DNA of 64,000 bases, from the NCBI GenBank assembly GCA_039096225.1, contig JBBPEB010000015.1:310001-374000 (forward strand), given 5' to 3'. The stretch is from Blastocystis sp. Blastoise (lineage: Eukaryota > Protista > Bigyra: Opalinata). Below are positions 1-20,171 of the stretch, piece by piece; within the stretch, counting starts at the first letter, position 1, and each line of letters starts with the position of its first letter. Both the position numbers and the translations under genes were made by a program. Under the pieces are notes generated by a model, which saw only the letters and a list, made by a program, of their open reading frames with translations, did no database searches and was not told where the DNA came from.

Positions 1-7526
<7,526 letters not shown>

Positions 7527-7679
7527 TACTATGAACTTCTAAAGCATTCAAAATTATTTAAGAATATTTCTATTTGATAATGTTGTTTTTTCTTATATCT
7601 TTAAAAAAGTTTCAAACAATACAAATTTTATTTTACTGTAATTAAACAGTTATCCTGAATTTCGCCTAGTTTAAAGTAT

Positions 7680-8349
7680 TTATAAACATCTATAGAAAAA
7701 GAAAACATAATTATTTGAACTTGTAAAAGTTTAAAGTATTTATAAACATTTGTTACCACGACGAGCCATAGTAGACTTCTTGTTAACAAAGTTACGTTGA
7801 GCTCTCTTAAGAGCGTATAGAATAAAAGTGTAAATATTTGTAATAAAATTAAAATGAAAAAAAAAATAAAGCTATTTCTTAATACTAGTATGAAAAGATA
7901 TAAAAAATATATGCGAGGTTAAGAACAGTGTATCTCTTGAGAAGAGTATTCTTAAGTTCGGGTCTGAAGTGGGACTTTTCAGACTATATACAATAAATAA
8001 TGAGAAATATAGCAATAATATCGACTATTGCAACGAGAAATATATATATAATAATATATGAAAGGTTAGCAAGAGCAGCCTTGGCACTCTTGGGAGAGTT
8101 CTTGACCATACCAGAAACGGTCTTGAAGGACTTCTTACCATTCTTGGTCATGACAACAAGTCTCTTCTTGTTGGCAGCAGGAACGACGGTGACAGACTTA
8201 TCATTACAGATAGAAAGATTCTTACGGCTGTAGAGGTTGTTAACACTCATACGTTCAGCGTTGAAAATAGCAACATTATCGCCATCTTGTTGTTTACGGA
8301 TGAAACAACTGTTCTTCTTAACAATTTGCCAAATTAAATCGTTGGACAT
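7680..8349 (-). CDS. RPL28: 60S ribosomal protein L28 (eL28)
   Basis: MSNDLIWQIVKKNSCFIRK...NAERMSVNNLYSRK...LANL|SEKSHFRPELKNTLLKRY matches the eL28 pattern (YRPDL-like FRPEL). Introns 7984-8061 and 7815-7914, possible third 7690-7749 (stop at 7740 if that one is unspliced). A 5'UTR intron ends directly before the ATG. Confidence 0.9.
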
Positions 8350-9056
8350 CTTAAAAAAGGAAAATGATTATTATTGTTTAACATTTTTTTGATTTCAGAT
8401 TTATATTTGAGACATAAGGAGCGTAGAATAGAGTTAATAAAATACCTTTATTGAAATGCTATACTAAGAGACGAAATCAAGAAGTAAAATACCTATTATG
8501 AATGGTGAATGTTTTTTGGGGTGAAAAAAAGTCAATTGAAAAAAGAAAGGAGAAAGTACGATGTGAAAATTTTCATATACTATTGGCTTATGAATTCATT
8601 TTCGTCATTTTATTGGACTGTTTCTCTTAAGAACACATCAGGCTTAGAATATGTCTATTCAACATCCGTGGTTTTTCACTAATATATAGACAAAAGAAAT
8701 AATCGGTAAAACTCGACAACTCTGTTTAAAGCTTTTTCCTTGAGTACTTCTTTGATAAGTTAGTTTTATATATATATGAACATGAATAGTATATAAAATA
8801 GATATCAACTATTCATATGAAGTACAAATTTTAATTTTTAAACGGTATTGAATGATTTATTTTCTTTAAGGGAAGAATTATTTTAATTGATATTCTGTGG
8901 CCATACTTTATAACTTATTGATACCATTGTTTGCTATATTTAAACTTTTGAATTTTAAAAATAAAATGTTTTTGTGGAATAGTGGTATGTAAAAAGAGAG
9001 TTTAACAAAACAGACTTTATTTTTGAAAATGAATATACACTTACATTAGATATTTA

Positions 9057-11167
9057 TTAATTAAAATACCAGAAATCTTTTCCTTCAACCCAATTCATAG
9101 AAGCAACATTATTTTCAAAAATTCCATCTAGAATAAAAATAATTTTAAAAATTTGAAGTTACATATAAGAGTGGAAGAGAATAATAATAGAAATAGAAAT
9201 AGAATAAATGATTACTGGTTCTTCCCATAGCAACACAACATATAACAGGTGGTTTCAATTCTGAAAAATGAACTATAGGTAAATCAACATCAGTCAAAGG
9301 ATTTTTATATCTTGTTCCAATCTAAACAATAATATGTATGATTATAAAGACAATAGTCATAATAAAATATATAATATATTTACAGAATAAATATGAATAG
9401 AATAAGAATACGATATATACTTTATTAACATCAACATCACCAAAGCAAATGACTTTCTTTCTAAATTCAGGTTCTAGATCATTTACAAAGTTTCTTCCAT
9501 CTCTTCCTGCTCCCCATACAGAGAAAGTGTCCCAATGACAAAGGACGCGTCTCTGTAAAGCAGCCAATTTTATTCGTAATATAGTTCGACGAGGAATCTT
9601 CCAACATGTATTATCCCCATGCATTCTATATATATAGAATACATGAGAGATATAGTATTTTAAATAATGTTTTCAATATTTAATATATAGATATTATAAT
9701 AGCAAGAATTAGTTTTTGATATTATAATAATATATGAGAGGATATAATATAGTTTAGAAAATCTTTATAGTGTTAATTAAAATTTTAGTATAATATCAAT
9801 AATAATAAGAATAAGGAATATATTATATAAAATAATAATAAATTATATATAGCATAGATCAATAATAAAAATATAATATATAAAATATAAAATATAAAAT
9901 ATAGATAAATAACAGTGGATACCTATACATAAGTAATACTTCTGGGACTATCTTAAGAAGGCCTCCTGTATCAAGATGTCTATGATAAAAATCCAAATCC
10001 TATATATAGAATACATATATTACATATATATAATCATAGTAACAATTGTTTATATTATATCTACATTCTTACATTATACTTATATGAAAATAGTTTATAA
10101 TGAATATATTCGTGTTAATAAAAGTATATATATATATATATTTATACTTCTGGATAAGCGATAAGACTGAAATCTTCTTTATATCCTCCTACTCTATCAA
10201 AAACAGCACGATTCATAAACCATGTAGGCTGAATTACTAATACTTCTCTAGATATAGTATACTAATGATAGGTACTGTGACGAATAATATATGAATTTAG
10301 AAATAGACCATAAAGATATTCGATAAATTTTAAATAACGCATTTTTTAATTAATTATTAGATATATATTGTTTTCATCTAATAATATTTTCTTTTAATTA
10401 AAAAACATATATACATATATATATATAAATTTATTTGTAAATAACATAAATATTTAAAGAAAAAAAAATAAATATATATTGAAAATGACATAAAACAAAA
10501 AATGGACTCTATATCATAATATATATATATATAATATCTACAGTGATTTATCATTAAATAATTAGTATTCTATACCTGTATTGATATTTCATCAAATCTG
10601 AATCTGTAAGTTGATTCATCCAAGCTGTATAATGCCGTGTCGAATTCTCTGGTTTACGTTCAAAATAGGTACCTACAATAGCATTTGGAAATTCTTTTGC
10701 GACTTTATATTGCCTATTTATACGTTCTGGATACATAACATCATCGGCATCTTGAAAACAAAGATACTCTCCTGTACTCTGTTCAATTGCTCGATTCTTT
10801 GCAAAACCAACACCACCTAACTATATCACTATATCTATCATCATAGAATACCTTTATCTTCTGTATTTGAAGAATAAACTACATGAAACCCATTTACTTT
10901 CAATTTTTCCATCCATTCATTCAACATCTCCTCCGATTTATCTGTACTTCGATCATTATATATAGAAACCTTTAGTAATCACAATTATATGAATTGAATA
11001 TATTAGAATACTTCTTTTAATCCAGAGAAAGTCTGAGAGAGAATCCCATTAAAACATTCATCAATCCATTCCTCAGCATTATGCACAGGAACCTATTGTT
11101 TATAATAAATCTAATATCTTCAGCAATATACAATTATAGAAACCTCAATTTTTTGGTCTTCACTCAT
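9057..11167 (-). CDS. B3GNTL1: GT2 glycosyltransferase, B3GNTL1/QTGAL (queuosine-tRNA galactosyltransferase)-like
   Basis: Spliced product: VSIIVPVHNAEEWIDEC...NDRSTD...GVGFAKNRAIEQSTGEYLCFQDADD...PENSTRHYTAWMN...QPTWF...PEDLDFYHRHL...WGAGRDGRNF...FGDVDVNKIG...FENNVASMNWVEGKDFWYFN. All introns GT-AG. Confidence 0.85.
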
Positions 11168-12076
11168 GAGATTCTGTTAAATATTCAATAATACGATATC
11201 AACTATTATCTTTTAGATTTTTATATACCAAATAATACTATCTATATGACAAAATGAATGTCAATAAATAAAAAAAAAATTAAAAATGTATTTTGTTTTA
11301 TTTATTAAATCAGAAAAAGGTTGAATGAGTATGTTGAATCTTTATTCTTTTCAAGTTAAACTTGAATACATTCATTGAAAAAAATTCATAAGGAGTCATT
11401 TCTTTTATTTTTTGAAATGCTGTATTTAACTTAGTTATGCTTTAGAAAAGCATATTATTCTATCTATCGATTGCTGGAGAACATAAATACGTGAAACTAA
11501 ATAACAAATAAAGTTTCATGTATTGTTTCTTCTTTTAATTTCGTATTTTAATTTCTATTATATAGACTCTGGATTTTAAAATAAAAAAATGCATTTTTAT
11601 ATGCATATGATACGTGTTAATTGTAAATATGATCATCAACTATTAGCAAGATCCTATGTATCGTTATTACAAAGCATATCACCTTAGTGTAGCATTATTC
11701 CTTCACTAATTTTTGTTCAATGAAAACAATTTGAATATAAACATGGCATTAATCACTTTATTATGGTTATTCTTGTGAAAACACACACACTTATTGTTCT
11801 CTATGAAATTTTAATGTTCTTTATCTACTAGTTACTCCAGTATTGAATGCTATCTCTCAAAAGAATAATATAATTTCTTTGTTATATCCATTTTTCATAT
11901 TCAACAAAATGATTTTAATCTCTTCTCTACATTTTGCTTTATATTTTATATCATTTTCTATGCAAAAATGATATAGTTCATTCAACACGCAATACTCCAA
12001 ATATATGATTTCAGGTTTTTATATATATATTTAGATCAGATTCAATTCTGCTATTCACTCCTATTAATAAAATCAA

Positions 12077-12514
12077 ATGAATATAAATAATCAAGAGAAA
12101 TATAATCAACTTGTGAAAATAAAAGATAGATTGTGTATCCTTCTGATTCGAATAAAAACTTGTCCAGATCAAGATTTTTCTTCCTTTTATATATTTTCGG
12201 ATATATTATCTTCATTTAATAAATGTACACTTCTTCGTTCTACAATTCTTCAAAGTAAAGCAAAAATTCAATATATTATTGATCAAGCTATTCGTTTTTG
12301 TGATCATAATGAAGCATTTTGTAAAGCAAAGTTAATTCGATGGAATCAATTGAATGGTAATTTCTGTAACGATTGTCATATATATAAACAATCAACAGCA
12401 CATACTCAGCAAATAATCCAAAAGAAAGCAACACAATATCGTGATTCTATGTATACATATCAATATACAAAAACAATGTTATATAACTTAAGTTTCGAGG
12501 TTGCAACAATATAA
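12077..12514 (+). CDS. hypothetical protein (may have upstream exons)
   Basis: 145-aa ORF of normal complexity; no recognisable motif. Confidence 0.4.
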   Translation: MNINNQEKYNQLVKIKDRLCILLIRIKTCPDQDFSSFYIFSDILSSFNKCTLLRSTILQSKAKIQYIIDQAIRFCDHNEAFCKAKLIRWNQLNGNFCNDCHIYKQSTAHTQQIIQKKATQYRDSMYTYQYTKTMLYNLSFEVATI

Positions 12515-12727
12515 TAATGTAATAGTTATGTTATATTTTATTCAATAATAAAGTATTTATTTTCATATAAAAATATGACAAAGTTCGATGCTTTAGTGAA
12601 AACAAAACAACAATAATATATATATTATATATCCTTTTAACAAAAACTGTAGGATTTAAAAATAAGCTAATAAAAAACAACATATGTTCACTGGACTAGA
12701 ATAAGCATTAAAAAAAACATTAATTCT

Positions 12728-15330
12728 TTATTGCCAATAAAAAGAAGATTGACGAGAAGGAGCAGAACGTCCTACTTTATTAAGAGTAGGAGCAGCACCA
12801 AATCCACGTTCATTCAATAAACCTCTGAAATGCATAATACGATTTTGAGCTTTATTAACATCTAACTTTTCAGGAGCTGTCCAAAGACGTTCAGCAACAG
12901 CAGCAGCACGAGGCCATACAGTATTAAACCAATCAGAAGGATCAACAAGAAATAAATAATGAAATAGAGAATATAGTATTAATATATTATATATATATAT
13001 TATTCACAATGAATTTAGGAATAAATAATTATTAATCATAAAAAAAATAATAATATTATTATTATTATAAATATATAACAGTTTCAGCCCACATACAGGC
13101 TTCTCCACCTAACACCATCTTTTTATCTTCAGGATCAGTAACTCCATTATAAGGATCATTATTATAGAAAACATCCCATTGATTATTCAAATCATCTAAA
13201 TACCATTTCTTACTAATAAGTACTCTATATCCCTTCTTAATAATAGGTAAAGTGGCAGTACCTCCTAACCAGATTTGAATAATAGCGTTCTTATCAACAG
13301 GTTGAGAGATATGAGTAACAACTTCTTCCCAATTAACAGGGGTACGATCTCTTTTCATAACCATCTCATGAGCCTTATCAACAGTATACTTATAAGTATC
13401 AGTAGTTGACATACCATTATTCTTCATCCATGTAGCAATACGTTCAGTTTGACTCCAACATTTCGTATCTACTTCATCACCACCTAAATGGAAGAATTCC
13501 CCTGGGAATAAACCTTCAAAGGACTTTTCACCACAGAATTCACCAATAACACTATCGATAAGATTAAAAGCATTATCATTAGAAGGATCTATAGGCTCAT
13601 AACATGTCTCTGAAGGACATACTTCAGGATCTATATATAAATATATAATAGATAATATTTAGAATGATAAGTTATATATAAAAATGTATAAAAGTATATA
13701 ATATATAGAGAAAGGAAAAAGAGGATAGGAATGAGATAAATATATATTATATATATATTATATATATATTATATATAAACATATAGACATTGCACCAGCT
13801 CTTCATGTGTCCAGGGACATCGATTTCAGGCATGATACGAACACCACGTAAACGGGCATATTCAACAATAGACTTTATATCAGTTTATAAAATAGAAGAT
13901 AGAATGGATGAGTTATTAAAATTAATATAATATAATATAATATAATAATATAATATAATATAATATAATATAATATAATATAATATAATATAATATAATA
14001 TAATATAATATAATAGTATATAATATAATAATATAATATAATAATAATATAATATAATAATAATAATAAAATAATAATAAAATAATAATAAAATAATATA
14101 AAAAATGAATAAAAATATACTTGAGTATATCGTTCTTCATCAGTATAGGCGGTATCCCAAAGTTTAGGGTAAGTGTTTGTTTTGATAACAAAAGCTTCAT
14201 TATCCGTAATATGCCAGTGCATAACATTAAATTTGACATGAGCAATAGAATCAATAATTCTCTTAATATCTCTTACAGGAAGGAAATGACGGACACTATC
14301 CACGAGGAGACCACGATGAGGGAATTGAGGAGCATCCGTTATATTCCAAGGACAATTCTGAATAATATAGAATTCTTGAGATCTGTTGAAATGAACTAAT
14401 TGACTTAAAGACTATAGAGAAGAAGAGTACATAGAATATAAACTAATCATATTCATAATATATATTCTTTTAAATGAATAAATACTATAATATAAAACAA
14501 AAAATGAATAAAGACTATAATATATAATGAAAGCAATAAAAAATACAATACTCATAATATTAAAAATAAAACTAAAAAAGAAAGACTAAATATATTATAT
14601 ATACTTCAAGAGCATAATAGGCACCAAAAATAGTAGGAGCATGAATATTAATAGTACCTTCAGTAGGAATAGAAAGGGAATAAGATTCATCAACTTCAAA
14701 TTATAAAGAATAGACATCAATACTGGAATTGTACTTAGCCAAAAAATATATATATATATATATTTTTATGTTCATCACAATATATTTACATATAATATAA
14801 ATATAACATTTTTATATAATATGGATATATACTTGAAGTTTAGCTTCAGGATTTTCAACAGAGACATGAATTTCTTTAATACGTTCATATTCATAATCAG
14901 TAGCAGCATGATTATCAAACATTAAAGAAGAATATCTTTCAAAAGCTTTAGATAAATCTTCATTTTCAACATTTGAACTAAACTGGACTTGAGGATCAAC
15001 AATAACATTTACAGAGCCATGTTCATAAGTAAGGGGCATAGGCCAAATAGGCATATCAGGTTCTTGAGCAAAAGAAGTTGCTTCTTCAGCAAGCCAAACA
15101 ACAGAATTACTAGAATAAGTCCATTCAGTAGAATTCTTTAAATAACCATTCTCATTAAAAGCAACACAACCCTCAGTATCTTCACAAAGCTTCTTTAAGA
15201 TATCAACGTTAGTGACTCCAGTACTCTTGATATCATGACCAGAAACATCCATGTCTTTCATGGCAATATAGACACGTCTCTTAGCAAAGACGCATAGGAA
15301 CAAAGCAAAATACACAAAGTATTTAAACAT
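12728..15330 (-). CDS. secreted beta-N-acetylhexosaminidase (GH20) with N-terminal PAN/apple-like module
   Basis: Signal peptide; [38 protein letters not shown], catalytic [28 protein letters not shown]; TAA at 12728-12730. Five introns, four of them with non-canonical ends. Confidence 0.93.
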
Positions 15331-16230
15331 TCTTTTTCAACGATGAAAACAAACAAAATATGTATACACAAAAAACAATACAAAACCACAGTTTAATTCT
15401 GTATTGGAGAACTCCAAGGTTTCTCGATTTGGAATGTGTGTGTTTTCGCTTTTTGATCTTTTTTTCTATTTTTTACAAAACACAAAGAGTTTTTTAGAAA
15501 CAATTTTCGATAAACTACTCATGATACACCATGCGTAATCTCATGTAATGTGTTTTGTATATTCAATAAATATTCTTCATTATTTTTATTATAATAAAGA
15601 ATCGAATAGATATTATGCTGTTTAAACATCCTATTTCAAATTGATATATACATATATATTACATAGAATTATTTTTTATGTTTATAAATCAATTTATTTG
15701 GATCCAAATTATTTTTTCACTATTCTTTTAATTAAAATTTATATATGACTATTATCACTGAAATATACATTTAAATTTTTAACAATTGTCGAGTTTTAAT
15801 AATTTATCAGTTATAGTTTCTATACAAAACATAATAATTACAAACTGAATAGCACTCAAATAATCGTTTAACGATAAACACCTTGTAATCCTATAAATAA
15901 AAGCATATTTATGGACAATGTTTTCTCTATCAAGTCTCAAATTGTTTATTTAATGTCGAATTAATTAGTTAATAACATTAGATAGATATTCTAATAAAAT
16001 TTATGAATCGTTACTCTTGAGATTTTAAAAAATAAAAATATATTTTTGTAACTATCGTCTTATATTGACACAATTAGTTCAAGCACGTACTATAATATAT
16101 TTAGTACACAAAATAAAATAAAAACAGAATATAAAAGTATTAGATTATGTTTTATAAGATAAAACCTAATTAGCAAAGAAAAATCAAAAAAAAATTCTTT
16201 ATTTTTTTATAAATTTATTATTTCTTTAAA

Positions 16231-19200
16231 ATGGGGAACGATGCATCTAAAAGCTCGCAGATAGAAGCGTTAAATCAAAATGTGACAGCTATGTTACGTT
16301 TATTAAAAGATCAATTAGGAGTATCTCAAACTAATTATGTTGGAATTATGGAAACAGCCAAAAAAATAGCATATGATAATGTATAAATGATATGAAGGCT
16401 ATTATTTTAATATAATATTAGACTCATGGGCAATTGGCCATTGCTAATTCTACAGGTGATATTCAAATTATTAGAGAAAACTTCAACCAAACATATAAGG
16501 ATGAAAGATTCAAAGGTGGAATTTCTTATTTCGAGTATGTCTAATTATTCTTATTTTTATTATTTTTTACAGTTTCACAGCGGATGGTGACTCTATCGTT
16601 GTTGTATTTGTGTCCAATGAGGTATCTGTTCTAGATATAAAAGAATGGAAGTTCTATACAATTCTAGATGCCTAGTATATTTGCTCATTTTATTTCTCTA
16701 TAAATACATATATATAGTTGGACAAAGAATGAGATTGTTTGTGTATATGTAACTAAATTTTATAATACTGATTATATGTATGATTATAATATTATTTATA
16801 AAGACATAAATCAATTTATAAAGGTGGTTTGGTTTGTCGAACGGCTATATTCGTATACTTAATATAAAAACAAAGAAATTAATTACTTACTCTATTCAAC
16901 CCAAAGAACTAGGAATCAAAGGTTTCGAAGAAACATGTATCTATATAATATATATTAATTTGTATATTTCAGATATTGACTATAATTATCTGTATATTAT
17001 TATGTTTATTATTATTATCATGTTTATTATTATTATCATGTTTATTATTATAATACTTATTCTTATTATAATAATAATTATTATAATTCTTATTTTTATT
17101 ATAATAATAATTATTATTATAATACTTATTATTAGACTTATATTCTTTGTTATAGTAAAATGGGTATTTCCATGTGATTTCTCACCATCGGTTGTTTTAA
17201 TTGGATACAAAAATGCAGGTCATTACTTGTATGATATATATTCACATAAAGTTCTTCTCAATTTCACAAAACCTAAAAATGTATATATAACTATTGTATA
17301 TTTAATATATCTTAACATAATATCTTGACATATTATTTTGATATATATTTTCTTGTAAATATGACCATCCCTTCAAATTCATAGGCCCCTATGTCCGCTG
17401 TTTGTCCCCTCCCCTATTCCCCTTTCTTCTTAGTGGCCTATGAAGATCATCTCTATATACACTCCTACCTGACCTCCGCTCCTATGTCTCTAGATAATAC
17501 AACTCCTGTATTCAAAAAGAAGGGAATCATTATTGATAATGTATATATATATATATATATAAACTCTAAAACTATATTCACATTTGTTATACATATATCA
17601 TACTATATTTATCATCAAATATATTATTATTATTATATATATATATATATTAATATGAATACATGAGTCTATTCCATTTAATAATATTATATATATAATA
17701 ATAATTACTTATTATGTGTTTAATACTATATCTATATATATATAGATTTATGTGATACCTTCCTCTCAACCTGGCCTATATACTTATCTTATCTCTTCGT
17801 TACCAAAAGATAAATTTAAATCAGAACCTAGTTATTTCATTGGACAACTTGATGTTAATATTCCATGGAAATCCATGTGTGCATGTGGCACTATTCCAGT
17901 AGAATATAAGATCCCTCGTCAGCTACAATTATTAAATATTTATACCAGTATTGGTCTTAATGACTTTCAAACAAGTATATATATAGAATACTTATATATA
18001 TAGATCTATTTAATTATATTTTGTTCTATATAATTATATATATATGTTACTTAAATGTTTAATATATCTTTTTATATTTTATTATTATTATTATTATATA
18101 TATATATAGATTCAGTTTATCCATGTATATTTTACTTGGAAGGAGATCCCCTCAAATCTATGCCTCCCTATATATATTTATTAAAAGATACTTTAAATTC
18201 CCATGGGAATGAACAAAATGAAGAAACATATTCGATTAAACCGTGCATTGATGTATTTATTATGTGTTATTATATATTATTATTATTATGGTATAGTGTA
18301 TAGTATTCATATATATATAACAAAATACATTACTCTGATTATTATAATATATATATATCACTTTCTATATTTGACTCTTAATATATATATTCTTCTATAG
18401 TTGTTTTCTTATGGGTATCCATCGATGTCTGAACATATTCTTACTACTATATATACATTCTATAATACCAAACATGAGCCAGAAAATACATACGTTTTTA
18501 ACTGTTACAAAGAGGGATTATTGAGGGTTTATCAACGTGTTTACGGGGAATTCCGCCCTTTCCGTTTCATCACTTCTATAGATATACATGAGTATATATA
18601 TATATAATCTATTCTTTATATATAAACTATATAACTAGTAATCATATTCTTATTAAATCAAAACTTATATCATTATTCTCCATCCTTCCTTTATTTCTTC
18701 TTCATCTTTTCTTTTTCTTTATATATATATATATATATAATTCTTTCTCCTCCTTCTCCTCCCCTCTAGAGTCTGTTCCCCCTCCTCTACGGTTATTACC
18801 TCCCTCTCGTGTATATCGGTCGGACCCTCTCTCTTCTTCTCTATCACACTCTATACAGGAGAAATACTTATATACATGTGGGATCAAGTCTCACGTAATT
18901 ATTTATTTATAATGTTATATATATTTATTGTGCTATATATATATATATATTGTATTCTATATATTTGTTATATTAAATATATTTGCTATATTCTATATAT
19001 TTTGAGTTATATATGATAATGTAACTTTAAATCGAAACAGTTCTATATTTTTTAATTATATATATCAATTTATCTTTATATATACATATATATATTTATA
19101 AACATTTCTATTTAATATATAGAGCCTACATGTATATATATATCTACGGACCATGTATCTGCACCTCTCTCTACTTATCTCACTTCACAATATCTATATT

Positions 19201-20086
19201 TTGTGGATACATTCGGATCTATCTCGTATTATATATATACTTATTATTTATTTATTATTATTATATATATACTTATTATTTATTTATTTTGTATGGTACT
19301 TTATATATCTATCATTCTTTATATATCTGCTTCAAAATTTGTTTTTATACTTTTTTCTATTTCTTTTTTATATAAATATCCTTTTCTGTTTCTCTGTATT
19401 TATATATTTCCTATTTCTCTTTCATTTCTATTCCCTCCCCTTTACAGTTATCATCCCTACCTGTCAAAGAACGAACCGCAGGAAATTGATGTCGGTGTTG
19501 AAACCACAAGTTCTATTTACCCAACTTCTGTCTCTATATATAGAGAACGATACATGTATATTCTATATATATAGTATTCATTTATATATCATGCTTTTCA
19601 TTTATAATATAGTATAATAATAATATATATATATATATTTTTCAATTTTCTTATATCTGTTAATATATATATATATATAGTATTATAGGATATAATAATG
19701 GAGGTCTTATTATATATGACTTGAAACTAAATACATCCATTTATAAGAAACTTGAATTTAAAGATCAAGATAAATATGTATATATATATATATACATATT
19801 TTATATATATATATGTTTAGTACTTATATGCGAAGAGTTTTATTCTTGTTCGTAATGAATCCCAAGTTGTCACTGATCGTTATAATGGTATATATATATA
19901 TATATATATATAATATTCATATTCATATTCATCTATATACATAGATTATATTGAAGCACCAGAAGGATATGATAATGTATATATATATATTGTATTTTAT
20001 ATATTATATATTCTATCTGTATATATATATACTTTTAAATCTCTAGTTCGATCTCACATCCATTTTCGTTGTTTCAGGTATAAATT

Positions 20087-20171
<85 letters not shown>

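Noticed and set aside
7815-7914. U12-type AT-AC intron in RPL28
   Set aside because: The AT..AC register shifts the frame, and there is no ATATCCTT donor or TCCTTAAC branch consensus.
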